Below, one piece after another: positions 38,893 through 48,647 of a DNA stretch of 64,000 bases. Positions within the stretch are counted from its first letter, which is position 1. Each line of letters opens with the position of its first letter. The translations under genes were made by a program, and so were the position numbers. Source of the stretch: an uncultured Gemmatimonadaceae bacterium (GTDB taxonomy: Bacteria; Gemmatimonadota; Gemmatimonadetes; Gemmatimonadales; Gemmatimonadaceae); the NCBI GenBank assembly GCA_963740355.1, contig CAVUDW010000004.1, positions 1 through 64,000 of the forward strand, written 5' to 3'. The notes under the pieces were generated by a model. The model searched no databases. It had not been told where the DNA came from and saw only the letters and a program-made list of their open reading frames with translations.

Positions 38893-40433
38893 CGTGCCGC
38901 ACCCGCACGACGAATCACGATACCGGGAACCGCACCTGTCGTCTTGCCGTCGCGCCAGACCGCGCGACCGTTGACCCAGACGCCTTTGATTCCTTCCGAC
39001 ACGCGATGCGGCTCGGTGGGCGTCGCACGATCGGTGACGGTTTGCGGATCGAACAGGACGAGATCAGCAAACGCGCCCGGCGCGAGCGTGCCGCGCCGTG
39101 TCATGCCCATGTGGGCGGCGGCGAGTGCCGTCATGCGGTGTATGGCCTGCTCGAGCGTCATCACCTTTTGCCCGCGAACATATTCGCCGAGGACGCGAGG
39201 AAAGGCGCCGTACCCGCGCGGGTGCGAGCCGTTCATCGCACCATCGGAACTGACGTTGGTATGCGCCCATGCGAGCAATTTCCCGATGTCAGGTTCCGAC
39301 ATGCTGGTCGCGTCGACGCTCTCCGCACCGTCGTCGCTGGTCGGGTTCGCGCGTTCCCACGCCTGTGCCTCTGCAATCAGGGCCATCAGCGTGGACGCCG
39401 GATCCTCGTGTCGCAGCGCGGACAGTTGTGCGACTGTTTGGCCCGCGTACGATGGATTCGCCGCGAACGACCCGATGCGCAGCCCCTCCGGCTTGGCAAT
39501 CTCGCGCAGGATCTTCTCTGCCTCCGCGCGGTTGCTGAAATCCCGCCGTGGGAAGAGCACAGTCAGTGTCGAGTGCCAGAAGGTGTAGGGATAGACATCG
39601 GCAGTGATGTCGACTCCGCTGGCGCGTGCGGCGTCGAGCAGCGTGATGAGGCTGTCAGTGCGCCCCCAGAGCGGGACCATGGCGAGCTTCAGGTGACTGA
39701 TCTGCACGGGCATCTTCGTGGCGCGGCCGATCGCGATGATCTCATCGATCGCTGGCCAGAAATCGCGGTCCTCGCTCCGGATGTGACTGATGTAGCGGCC
39801 TCCCGAGTCGGCGGCTGCGCGCGCCAGCGTCAGGACCTCACTTCGGTCCGAGTAGATGCCGGGATCGTATTCGAGACCGGTGGAGAGACCGAGCGCACCA
39901 GCACCCATCTCGGCGCGGAGCAGGGTCGTCATGGAGTCGACTTCAGCCGGCGTGGCGCGGCGCTTGAAGTCCTTGCCGAGCACGGCGTCCCGAATCGTGC
40001 CGTGTCCCACATAGAAGGCGACGTTCACGGCGCTGGGCGTAGTGCGCAGCGCGTCCATCGCGCCCTTGAGCGGCATTGGAGAACTGCCGTCCTGGCCTGC
40101 CACGATGGTGGTGATGCCCTGGCTGACCACCGGCCGCGCATCGGGCGTGGTGCGCAGGCCGGATGCATGGTGGCTGTGGGTATCGATGAATCCTGGCGCC
40201 ATCACCAAACCATTTCCATCGACCACTGTGTCGCCGGGCACCGAGTGGACCTCCCCGACGGCCACGATCGTGTCGGCAACGATGCGCAGGTTGCCGCGTC
40301 GCGCCGGGGCGCCGGTGCCGTCGATGATCTGGACGTTCGTGAAGGTGGTGCCCGTCGGGACATCGAGTCGGGGGCCGCCGCAGCTGATCGCTGCGACAAG
40401 CAGGGTGGGGGCTAACAGGCGGGGCAGGCGCAT
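38889..40433 (-). CDS. N-acyl-D-amino-acid deacylase family amidohydrolase, predicted lipoprotein
   Basis: Lipobox AISC; PGFIDTHSH, GLSTGLEY, SHIRSE, HPRGYGAFPRVLG and ADLVLFDP. Confidence 0.88.
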   Translation of the reverse strand: MRLPRLLAPTLLVAAISCGGPRLDVPTGTTFTNVQIIDGTGAPARRGNLRIVADTIVAVGEVHSVPGDTVVDGNGLVMAPGFIDTHSHHASGLRTTPDARPVVSQGITTIVAGQDGSSPMPLKGAMDALRTTPSAVNVAFYVGHGTIRDAVLGKDFKRRATPAEVDSMTTLLRAEMGAGALGLSTGLEYDPGIYSDRSEVLTLARAAADSGGRYISHIRSEDRDFWPAIDEIIAIGRATKMPVQISHLKLAMVPLWGRTDSLITLLDAARASGVDITADVYPYTFWHSTLTVLFPRRDFSNRAEAEKILREIAKPEGLRIGSFAANPSYAGQTVAQLSALRHEDPASTLMALIAEAQAWERANPTSDDGAESVDATSMSEPDIGKLLAWAHTNVSSDGAMNGSHPRGYGAFPRVLGEYVRGQKVMTLEQAIHRMTALAAAHMGMTRRGTLAPGAFADLVLFDPQTVTDRATPTEPHRVSEGIKGVWVNGRAVWRDGKTTGAVPGIVIRRAGAAR

Positions 40434-40486
40434 GGCGGCCAACTTGGGCCGCGGGCGGCGCCTGAGCAATTGCTACCCCTCAGCCA

Positions 40487-40515
40487 TTGACCGCCAGCGC
40501 ACGCGCCTCTAGGTT
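40487..40515 (+). promoter_or_regulatory. Putative sigma70 promoter of the infC operon
   Basis: TTGACC-17 nt-TAGGTT. Confidence 0.65.
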
Positions 40516-40521
40516 GTCAAT

Positions 40522-40680
40522 GTCAGAACTCGGCAAGTGACTCCCGCGGCAGTGGGGGTCCACCCTTCGGCCCTCGCTTCGCGAGGTGTGCTGCTGGAGT
40601 CCAATGCAACGGGCACACCCCCTTGGGTGGGCCTCGCGGCGTGGTCTTCATCCCCGAAGATCCCGCCGTTTTTGTTTTCC
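40522..40680 (+). ncRNA. Structured infC leader with terminator (candidate L20-responsive attenuator)
   Basis: GGGGTCCACCC/GGGTGGGCCTC stem enclosing two hairpins, then a CGGCG..CGCCG hairpin followed by TTTTTGTTTT. Confidence 0.5.
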
Positions 40681-40700
40681 CGTTTTCCGGAGCTCGTCCT

Positions 40701-41216
40701 ATTCAGGATCCGACCAAGCGAGTACGCGTCAACCGGCAGATTCGCATCTCGCCAGTTCGCGTCATCGCCCCAGACGGCGCCCAGCTGGGCATCATGGAAG
40801 TCGATGCTGCGCTGGCTTCAGCAGTCGAACAGGGCCTCGATCTGGTCGAGGTGGCTCCACTCGCACGGCCGCCCGTGGTCCGCATCATGGACTACGGCAA
40901 GTACAAGTTCGAGATGGCCAAGCAGGCACGCGTTGCAAAGAAGAAGCAGCACGTGATCCTGTTGAAGGAAGTGAAATACCGACCGGGGATCGAGGAGCAC
41001 GACTTCGAGACGAAGACGCGCCACGCTCGCCGGTTCCTTGAAGAAGGCAACAAGGTGAAGGTCACGCTGATGTTCCGTGGCCGACAGATCGCCCACCCGG
41101 AATTGGGGAAGGCAGTCGTCGACCGGGTCGCCCAGCAACTCACTGACATTGCCAAGGTCGAGACGGACGCCAAGCTGGAAGGCAAGGCGCTGACCATGAT
41201 CCTGGCGCCACGATAG
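40701..41216 (+). CDS. infC: Translation initiation factor IF-3 (ATT start)
   Basis: GGAG SD, 8 nt, then [32 protein letters not shown] and FRGRQ. Confidence 0.95.
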   Translation: MQDPTKRVRVNRQIRISPVRVIAPDGAQLGIMEVDAALASAVEQGLDLVEVAPLARPPVVRIMDYGKYKFEMAKQARVAKKKQHVILLKEVKYRPGIEEHDFETKTRHARRFLEEGNKVKVTLMFRGRQIAHPELGKAVVDRVAQQLTDIAKVETDAKLEGKALTMILAPR

Positions 41217-41232
41217 GCACGAAGGGAGACCC

Positions 41233-41430
41233 ATGCCGAAGATGAAGACCCACACCGGCGCCGCGAAGCGCTTTTCCGTCACGGGGACGGGGAAGGTGAA
41301 GCGCCGGAAGGCTTACAAGAGCCATATCCTGACCAAGAAGTCCCAGAAGCGGAAGCGTAATCTCCGCAAGGGAACGACCATCGAAACCATCGGGGAGGCG
41401 AAGCGCATGCGTCGTCTCATCCAGGCCTAA
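41233..41430 (+). CDS. rpmI: 50S ribosomal protein L35
   Basis: [28 protein letters not shown]. Confidence 0.97.
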   Translation: MPKMKTHTGAAKRFSVTGTGKVKRRKAYKSHILTKKSQKRKRNLRKGTTIETIGEAKRMRRLIQA

Positions 41431-41442
41431 GGAGGAACCGAG

Positions 41443-41805
41443 ATGCCTCGCGTACGCAGTAATCCGGTCCGCCTGAAGCGGAAGAAGCAGATCATGAAGG
41501 CCGCGCGCGGTGCTTTCGGCGCGCGCAGCAAGACGTGGAAGGCCGCCAAGGAAACGGTGGAACGTGGCTGGCGCTACGCCTACCGCGATCGCAAGAACAA
41601 GAAGCGCGAGTTCCGTCGCCTCTGGATCATGCGTATCAATGCCGCGGCTCGTCAGCACGACATGTCGTACAGCGTGTTCATCAACGGCCTCGAGAAGTCT
41701 GGCATCGAAATCGATCGCAAGATCCTCGCTGAAATCGCCGTCAATGATCCGGCTGCGTTTGCCGTGATCGCCGAGCAGGTCCGCACCGCGCTCGCCGCGG
41801 CGTAA
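41443..41805 (+). CDS. rplT: 50S ribosomal protein L20
   Basis: YAYRDRKNKKREFRRLWIMRINAAAR and IDRKILA. Confidence 0.97.
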   Translation: MPRVRSNPVRLKRKKQIMKAARGAFGARSKTWKAAKETVERGWRYAYRDRKNKKREFRRLWIMRINAAARQHDMSYSVFINGLEKSGIEIDRKILAEIAVNDPAAFAVIAEQVRTALAAA

Positions 41806-41852
41806 AGGTTGCCCCGGGTTTGCTCCCGGCGTCCTGATCCGCTCGCTTCGTG

Positions 41853-41896
41853 CGGCGGCAGTGTGACCTCGCGTCCACTGCCGCCGTTTGCGTTTT
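41853..41896 (+). terminator. Intrinsic terminator after rplT
   Basis: CGGCGGCAGTG...CACTGCCGCCG followed by TTTGCGTTTT. Confidence 0.75.
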
Positions 41897-41924
41897 CGCT
41901 CCCACCACTCCGACTCGTTCGCCG

Positions 41925-42941
41925 GTGACCACTCTCGCTGAATTCCTTTCGCGCGCTGACGCCATCGCGCGCGATGGCACAGCGCTCATCCACGCCGCCA
42001 CCAGCCGCGATGGCCTCGATGGCGCGCGTGTCGCACTCCTCGGCCGCAAGCAGGGGCAGCTGACGGCGTTGATGGCCCTGCTCACCGAGCTGCCGGCAGA
42101 GGACCGACGCGCTGCAGGTGCGGCGATCAATGCCACCAAGCAGACGCTCGAGCTCACGCTCACGTCGGCCGAGGCATCGCTCGGCCCCGCGCCGGATGCG
42201 TCGCGGCCATCCGACCTCACGATGCCGGGTCGCGACACGTGGAAGGGCGCTGTGCACCCTGTCTCGCTCGTGATCGATGAGATCTCGGAAATCTTCCGCG
42301 AGCTCGGCTTCACGATTGCCCTCGGGCCCGAAGCAGAGACCGAGTGGTACAACTTCGGCGCGCTCAACTTCCCGCCCGATCATCCGGCGATGGAAGCGCA
42401 CGACACGCTCTACCTCACCGACGACACGCTGCTGCGCACGCACACCTCGCCGGTGCAGGTGCGCACCCTGCAGACGTACACGCCTCCCGTGCGCATTCTT
42501 TGCCCGGGCAACGTGTATCGTCGTGACTTCTTCGATGCCACGCACGCGCCAAGCTTCATGCAGATCGAGGGACTGTGCATCGATGAAGGCGTGAGCTTCG
42601 TGGACCTGAAGGCCACGCTGAGTGAGTTCGCACGACGCTTCTACTCAGGGTCGAGCAAGGTCCGCCTGCGCCCGAGTTTCTTCCCGTTCGTCGAACCCGG
42701 TGCCGAGATGGATGTCGAAGTCGATCTCAATGACGGCAAGGGGCCGCGTTGGGTGGAGATTCTCGGCTGTGGCATGGTTCACCCGAACGTGCTCGACGCT
42801 GCCGGGATCGACAGCGAGAAATACAGCGGATGGGCCTTCGGCATGGGTCCGGCGCGCATCGCGATGTCGCGGCACAAACTGCCCGACATTCGCCTACTGT
42901 ATGATTCCGACGTCCGCTTCCTGGAGCAGTTCGCCCGATGA
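41925..42941 (+). CDS. pheS: Phenylalanine-tRNA ligase alpha subunit
   Basis: HPAMEAHDT, LRTHTSPVQ, FFPFVEP, GCGMVHP and WAFGMG. Confidence 0.96.
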   Translation: MTTLAEFLSRADAIARDGTALIHAATSRDGLDGARVALLGRKQGQLTALMALLTELPAEDRRAAGAAINATKQTLELTLTSAEASLGPAPDASRPSDLTMPGRDTWKGAVHPVSLVIDEISEIFRELGFTIALGPEAETEWYNFGALNFPPDHPAMEAHDTLYLTDDTLLRTHTSPVQVRTLQTYTPPVRILCPGNVYRRDFFDATHAPSFMQIEGLCIDEGVSFVDLKATLSEFARRFYSGSSKVRLRPSFFPFVEPGAEMDVEVDLNDGKGPRWVEILGCGMVHPNVLDAAGIDSEKYSGWAFGMGPARIAMSRHKLPDIRLLYDSDVRFLEQFAR

Positions 42942-45376
42942 TCGTTTCGCACGCCTGGCTGCGCAGCTTCGCGCCGCACGAGAAGAGCGCTCACGAGATC
43001 GGCGAACTGCTGAACGACCATACTGTGACCCTCGACGGCCTCGAGTCGATGCGCAAGGACATCGCATCGATCGTGGTCGGTCTCGTCGTCGAACAGGCTC
43101 GCCATCCCGATTCTGATCACCTGTCGATCACCAAGGTGGACGACGGCAGCGGCACATTGCTGGATGTCGTCTGCGGTGCGCCGAACGTGACAGCCGGCGT
43201 GAAGTATCCGTTCGCACGCTCCGGCACGACCATGCCTGACGGGCTGAAGATCGAGAAGCGAAAGATTCGTGGGCAGACGTCGAACGGCATGCTCTGCTCG
43301 GCGCGCGAACTCAAGCTCGGGTACGAACACGACGGGATCCTCGCGCTGACCACCGATGCGCCGCCAGGCACACCGATCCTGTCCGTGCTCGGCGAGGTTG
43401 GCGACTCGCAGCTGAACCTCGATGTCCTGCCGAATCGACCGGACCTCTTGTCGCATCTCGGGATGGCGCGCGAGGTCAGTGCGCTGCTCGGCGTGCCGAT
43501 GGCGCTGGCGGACCTGTCGCAGGCGGAGCGCGACGCGGTGGCTGCGGTGCCTGTGGTGGCTGACGCGCAGTCGGCCGCGGCCGACGGTGTGTCGATCACC
43601 ATCGCCGACCCTGTCAGCTGTCCTCGCTACAACGCCGTCGTGATTCGCGGCGTGACGGTCGGCCCAACCCCGGATTGGCTGCGCGAACGTCTCGAGTCGG
43701 TTGGGGCGCGTTCGATCAACAACATCGTGGACGCCACCAACTACATCCTGCTCGGCCTTGGGCAGCCAGTGCACGCGTTCGATCTCGCAAAGCTGGCCGG
43801 CAATGCCGTCGTGGTCCGGCCAACCCGCGAAGGCGAGAAGATCGTCACGCTGGATGGTACGGAGCGCGCTGTGGCGACGGGGACGACGCTGATCTGTGAT
43901 GGCGAGAAGCCGGTGGCGCTGGCAGGGGTCATGGGTGGACTGAACAGCGAGGTGACGAACGCCACGACCGACATCCTGCTCGAGGTGGCGAACTTCGATG
44001 CGCGCTTCGTGCGTCGAACCCGTCGCGCCGTGAACCTGATCACCGATGCGAGCTATCGGTACGAACGCGGCATCGATGCGGCGTCCTCACCGGAAGCGGC
44101 GTTGCACTGTGCCGCGCTCATTGTGCGTGTGGCGGGCGGCTCCGTCACAGCGCGCCTCGATGTCGGCACCGCTCCCGCCGCCCGACCGAGCATCGCGGTG
44201 CGCCCGTCGCGTGTCGAGCGACTGCTTGGAGTGCCGGTGCCATCCACAGAGATCGTTCGCATCCTGACGGCGCTCGGCTGCGACGTGGTGGCGACCGCCG
44301 ATGACGCGCTGCAGGTAACGCCACCAACATGGCGACACGATCTCCTGCTGGAGGTCGACTTCATCGAAGAGATCGTCCGGATCCGTGGGTTCGATACCGT
44401 GCCGGACGAGCTGCGCGCCTTCCGGCCTGGCACCGTGCCCGACCATCCGCTGCACCTCGCGGAGTTGCGCGTGCGCGCATTCCTCGTTGGGCAGGGGCTG
44501 TTCGAAACGCGGCCGATGCCATTCACGAAGGACACCAGTTCCGGCGCGCGGGTGCGCAATCCGCTGGCCGACGATGAACCGTATCTGCGTGCGTCGATTC
44601 TCGACACGCTGGCGCGTCGTGCGGAGTACAACCTGAATCGAATGGAAGGAGATGTTCGACTGTTCGAGGTCGGGCATGTGTTCCTGCCGTCCACCGATCG
44701 CTTGCCGATCGAGCAGGTGCGAGTTGGTGCCCTCTTGCTCGGCAAGCGTCGCCCGCCGCATTTCACCGATCCCGATCCGGCGTCGTTCGACGCGTGGGAC
44801 GCCAAGGCCTTGGCGAGTTCGCTCGCCGCCGTCGCGTTCCCAGGGCGACGGATTTCGCTTGAACCGTCCGATACTGAGGCGTTGTGGCGCGTGCAGGCGG
44901 ACGGCGATGACGTCGGATCGGTGCAGCGTGTCGCGGTGGACAAGCCAGTCTGGGCATCTGACGCCTTCGGCGTCGAGCTCACGCTGGGCCTGATGCCGTC
45001 GGCCGACGTGGCGCCGGTGGGCCACCATGCGCACCAATCGGCGGCTCCACGGTCGCCAGCGGTCCCTCATGTCGTTTATCGTGCAATTCCGGTCACGCCC
45101 GCCGCAGGCTTCGACCTTGCGCTCGTGCTGCCGGGGAGCGTGCGTGCATCTGAGGTCGAAGCCATTCTTCGACGCGAGAGTGGCGAGCTGCTCGAATCCA
45201 TGCTGGTGTTCGACGAGTACCGGGGTGACCGACTGCCGGCCGGCATGCGCAGCGTCGGCTGGCGCCTGCAGTTCAGGCATCCCGAGCGCACCTTGCGCGA
45301 TAAGGAGCTCGAGGGCCGGCGGAGCAAGCTGGTCTCGGCATTGCAGCGTGAACTGGGGGTATCTGTCCGTGGCTGA
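42938..45376 (+). CDS. pheT: Phenylalanine-tRNA ligase beta subunit
   Basis: VVCGAPN, SNGMLCS, PNRPDLLSH, B3/4 and B5 domains, FDX-ACB with FDEYRG and RTLRD. Confidence 0.96.
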   Translation: MIVSHAWLRSFAPHEKSAHEIGELLNDHTVTLDGLESMRKDIASIVVGLVVEQARHPDSDHLSITKVDDGSGTLLDVVCGAPNVTAGVKYPFARSGTTMPDGLKIEKRKIRGQTSNGMLCSARELKLGYEHDGILALTTDAPPGTPILSVLGEVGDSQLNLDVLPNRPDLLSHLGMAREVSALLGVPMALADLSQAERDAVAAVPVVADAQSAAADGVSITIADPVSCPRYNAVVIRGVTVGPTPDWLRERLESVGARSINNIVDATNYILLGLGQPVHAFDLAKLAGNAVVVRPTREGEKIVTLDGTERAVATGTTLICDGEKPVALAGVMGGLNSEVTNATTDILLEVANFDARFVRRTRRAVNLITDASYRYERGIDAASSPEAALHCAALIVRVAGGSVTARLDVGTAPAARPSIAVRPSRVERLLGVPVPSTEIVRILTALGCDVVATADDALQVTPPTWRHDLLLEVDFIEEIVRIRGFDTVPDELRAFRPGTVPDHPLHLAELRVRAFLVGQGLFETRPMPFTKDTSSGARVRNPLADDEPYLRASILDTLARRAEYNLNRMEGDVRLFEVGHVFLPSTDRLPIEQVRVGALLLGKRRPPHFTDPDPASFDAWDAKALASSLAAVAFPGRRISLEPSDTEALWRVQADGDDVGSVQRVAVDKPVWASDAFGVELTLGLMPSADVAPVGHHAHQSAAPRSPAVPHVVYRAIPVTPAAGFDLALVLPGSVRASEVEAILRRESGELLESMLVFDEYRGDRLPAGMRSVGWRLQFRHPERTLRDKELEGRRSKLVSALQRELGVSVRG

Positions 45377-45671
45377 TTCGCGTGGGTTGGTGGTTGATGC
45401 AGCGGAAGAAATCGCTGCACTCGTGAAGGCGTTGGGCGAAGAGCTGGCGACCTTTCGTCAGCGAGCGCTCAAGGCCGAGGCGCGCGTCAAGGAACTCGAG
45501 GCGGCTGGCGGCGCCGACCTGGTGGAATTGACCAGCCGAATCACCCTTCTCGAAGCCGAAAATCAGGCATTGCAGGCCAGGATCGACTCCGCGACCGAAC
45601 GAACCGAAGGTTTGCTGGACCGGGTGCGGTTCACGCGGCAGCAGACCGAGAGTGCCGGAGAGACCCGATGA
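45369..45671 (+). CDS. Short coiled-coil protein (ZapB-like)
   Basis: GTG start overlapping the pheT stop; heptad-rich; lies between pheT and zapA. Confidence 0.65.
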   Translation: MADSRGLVVDAAEEIAALVKALGEELATFRQRALKAEARVKELEAAGGADLVELTSRITLLEAENQALQARIDSATERTEGLLDRVRFTRQQTESAGETR

Positions 45672-45967
45672 GCAACTTCGTCCCTGTGAAAGTTTCGGTG
45701 GCCGGCGAAGAGGTCACGATCCGCTCGGAGCAGCCGCCGGAGCACTCCCGAGCGGTCGCCCACCATGTCGACGAGTCGATCCGACGGATTCAGGAGCAGT
45801 CGCCAATGGTCGATTCCGGCAAGGCTGCCATCCTGGCGGCACTGCAAATCGCTGACGAGCTCTTCCGTTCACGCATGGATGCCGAGCGCGGCAGTGAGCG
45901 GCTCGAGGTGACGATGGAGGAGATTCGACGGATGCTTCCACCAGCCAAGCGGTCGATCGGTCGGTAG
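45668..45967 (+). CDS. zapA: Cell division protein ZapA
   Basis: VSVAGEEVTI, VAHHVDE and AILAALQIADELF. Confidence 0.88.
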   Translation: MSNFVPVKVSVAGEEVTIRSEQPPEHSRAVAHHVDESIRRIQEQSPMVDSGKAAILAALQIADELFRSRMDAERGSERLEVTMEEIRRMLPPAKRSIGR

Positions 45968-45987
45968 CCGGCGCCGCGGGGCGTCCG

Positions 45988-46016
45988 TTGCCTCGCGTGG
46001 ATCGGCCCGGTACCTT
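45988..46016 (+). promoter_or_regulatory. Putative sigma70 promoter of the ncRNA and rny
   Basis: TTGCCT-17 nt-TACCTT. Confidence 0.6.
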
Positions 46017-46019
46017 CGA

Positions 46020-46153
46020 GGGGTCACCCGATGCGCACGTAGGTGTGTGTCCTCGCTTGGGTTAGCCGTGTTCACCGTACGCCTTCGGGCCTGCGGCATG
46101 ACACCGCCGGCCTACCGGGGACAGTCCTGCTGTGCGGCATCGCCGGGGCTCCC
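46020..46153 (+). ncRNA. ssrS: Probable 6S RNA (ssrS-like rod-shaped RNA)
   Basis: Located between zapA and rny. End-to-end pairing: CGATGC/GCATCG, GCACGTAGG/CCTGCTGTGC, TGTCCTC/GGGGACA, with a CCTTCGGG apical loop. Confidence 0.55.
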
Positions 46154-46189
46154 AAAGACCGCGGCTCGTCCGCGCTGGAGATATAGATC

Positions 46190-47776
46190 GTGTCGCAGAC
46201 ATTTCTCTCGGCCGCACTGGGCGCGATTGCGCTCGTAGCGGCCGGTTTGTCGTTCGTGCTGGGCCGCAGGCAGGGCGCCAGCGCTGAAATCGCCCGGCAG
46301 CAGGCATCCCGGAGCACCGCAGATGATGAACGTCGTCGCCTGATCGGTGATGGTGAGCGCGAGGCCGAATCGCTTCGCAAAGCCGCGGTGCTGTCAGGGA
46401 AAGAAGAAGTCATGAAGCAGCGCGAGAGTTGGGAGGTCGAGGCGCGCAAGCGCCGCGACGAGCTCGTCTCCGAGGAACGCAAGCTCGTCGAACGCGAGAC
46501 TGGGCTCGAACGCCGCGCCGAGGCAGTCGAGACGCGCGACCGAGAACTCGGCAAGCGCGCCAGTGAAATGGGCCGTCGCGAAAAGCTCGTGCTGGATCGT
46601 CAGACGGAACTCGATCAGCTGCTCGCGAGCGAACGCACGCGCCTGGAGAATCTGGCTGGCCTCACGGCGGCCGAGGCCAAGCTCGAACTCATCCGTCGCC
46701 TGGAAGAAGAGGCGCACGCCGATGCCGCCAATCGCTTGCGCGAGATCCGGGAGTCCGCTCGCCGAAACGCCGACCGTGAGGCCAAGAAGATCGTCGCGCT
46801 GGCCATTCAGCGGATCGCGGCCGAACACACGGCGGAGACGACCGTGTCGGCCGTCTCGCTGCCGAACGATGAAATGAAGGGCCGAATCATCGGACGCGAA
46901 GGGCGAAACATCCGGGCCTTCGAGCTCGCCACCGGTGTGGACGTGATCATCGACGACACACCGGACACGGTGGTCGTCAGCTGCTTCGACCCCGTTCGCC
47001 GGGAAGTCGGTCGGTTGGCGCTCGAGAAGCTGGTGGCCGACGGCCGGATCCATCCGGGCCGGATCGAGGAGGTCGTCGCGAAGTCGAAGAAGGAAGTCGA
47101 GGTCGCCATCGTCGAGACCGGTGAGACGGCGGCATACGAAGCGGGTGTCGCAGGATTGCACCCGGAGATCATCAAGCTCATCGGGCGCATGAAGTGGCGC
47201 ACGAGTTACGGGCAGAACATCCTGTCGCACTCGGTGGAAGTCGCGTGGCTGGCGGGCATCATGGCTGCCGAGCTGGGACTGGACGTGGCCATGACGAAAC
47301 GTGCCGCGCTGCTCCACGATATCGGCAAGGTGCTCACGCATGAGCACGAGGGCACGCACGTGCAACTCGGCGTGGAAGTCGCGACGCGTTATGGCGAGAA
47401 CCCGATGGTCGTGAATGCCATCGCGGCCCATCACGACGACGTTCCGCACGAAACCGAGATGAGCGTGTTGGTGCAGGCGGCCGACGCCATCAGCGGCTCA
47501 CGGCCTGGCGCACGCCGCGAGGCGTTCGAGACGTACGTCAAGCGCCTCGAGGGCATCGAGAAGATCGCGTCGAGCTATCGTGGTGTGGAGCGCGTCTTCG
47601 CGATCCAGGCAGGCCGCGAGGTCCGTGTCATCGTCACGCCCGATCAGGTGGACGACGTCCGCATGCAGACGCTGACGGAAGAAATCGCGCGCCGGATCGA
47701 GGCCGAGTTGCAGTACCCTGGCCAGATTCGTGTCGTCGCCATTCGCGAGACGCGCACGGTGGACTATGCCCGCTGA
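46190..47776 (+). CDS. rny: Ribonuclease Y
   Basis: N-terminal TM, coiled coil, KH domain ([13 protein letters not shown]) and HD domain (LLHDIGK). Confidence 0.97.
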   Translation: MSQTFLSAALGAIALVAAGLSFVLGRRQGASAEIARQQASRSTADDERRRLIGDGEREAESLRKAAVLSGKEEVMKQRESWEVEARKRRDELVSEERKLVERETGLERRAEAVETRDRELGKRASEMGRREKLVLDRQTELDQLLASERTRLENLAGLTAAEAKLELIRRLEEEAHADAANRLREIRESARRNADREAKKIVALAIQRIAAEHTAETTVSAVSLPNDEMKGRIIGREGRNIRAFELATGVDVIIDDTPDTVVVSCFDPVRREVGRLALEKLVADGRIHPGRIEEVVAKSKKEVEVAIVETGETAAYEAGVAGLHPEIIKLIGRMKWRTSYGQNILSHSVEVAWLAGIMAAELGLDVAMTKRAALLHDIGKVLTHEHEGTHVQLGVEVATRYGENPMVVNAIAAHHDDVPHETEMSVLVQAADAISGSRPGARREAFETYVKRLEGIEKIASSYRGVERVFAIQAGREVRVIVTPDQVDDVRMQTLTEEIARRIEAELQYPGQIRVVAIRETRTVDYAR

Positions 47777-48647
47777 ACTTCTCGACGGCATTGCCGTTGC
47801 GCGCGCGATCCGCGACGAGGTCGCAGAGGCCGTGAAAGTCGAGAAGGCCCGCGGCATTGTGCCCGGACTGGCCGTGGTGCTGGTCGGCGAGGATCCCGCG
47901 AGCACCGTCTACGTCCGCAACAAGGGACGTGCCTGCGAAGAAGCCGGTATGCACTCCGTGACCATCCGCCTGCCGGCCACCACGTCGCAGGACGAACTGT
48001 TGGCCGTGGTCGATCAGCTCAACGCCGATCCTGCCATCCACGGCATGCTGGTGCAGATGCCGTTGCCGAAGCAGTGCAACGCGGACGAAGTGATTCGTCG
48101 CATCGATCCGGCGAAGGATGTCGATGGCTTCCATCCGATCAACGCGGGGAAGCTCATCATCGGCGAAAAGGACGGCTTCGCGCCGTGCACGCCGGCCGGC
48201 GTGATGGAACTGCTCCGGCGCTACAAGGTGCCGACGGCGGGTGCCGAAGTCGTGATCGTGGGCCGATCGAACATCGTCGGCAAGCCGATGGCCAGCCTGC
48301 TCGTGCAACCCGGCATCGATGCGACCGTCACCATCTGCCATAGCCGCACGCGCGACCTGCCATCGCACACTCGGCGCGCCGATATCCTGATTGCGGCCAT
48401 CGGTCGACCGAAGTTCGTCACCGCTGACATGGTGAAGCCTGGCGCCACGGTCATCGACGTGGGCATCAACCGTGTTGACGAACCGCGCGCGAAGAATGGC
48501 TACATCCTCGCCGGCGATGTGGACTTCGCCGCCGTCAGTGAGGTTGCCGGCAAGATCACGCCAGTCCCTGGCGGCGTAGGTCCGCTGACGATCGCCATGT
48601 TGCTGCGCAGCACCCTCGTGGCAGCGTCCCGGGTGACGGTCGCGTGA
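47766..48647 (+). CDS. folD: Methylenetetrahydrofolate dehydrogenase/cyclohydrolase
   Basis: [22 protein letters not shown] and PVPGGVGP. Confidence 0.97.
   Translation: MPAELLDGIAVARAIRDEVAEAVKVEKARGIVPGLAVVLVGEDPASTVYVRNKGRACEEAGMHSVTIRLPATTSQDELLAVVDQLNADPAIHGMLVQMPLPKQCNADEVIRRIDPAKDVDGFHPINAGKLIIGEKDGFAPCTPAGVMELLRRYKVPTAGAEVVIVGRSNIVGKPMASLLVQPGIDATVTICHSRTRDLPSHTRRADILIAAIGRPKFVTADMVKPGATVIDVGINRVDEPRAKNGYILAGDVDFAAVSEVAGKITPVPGGVGPLTIAMLLRSTLVAASRVTVA

Noticed and set aside
41806..41924. pheM-like attenuator peptide or T-box before pheS
   Set aside because: No Phe-rich mini-ORF or T-box consensus was seen; only a terminator hairpin.
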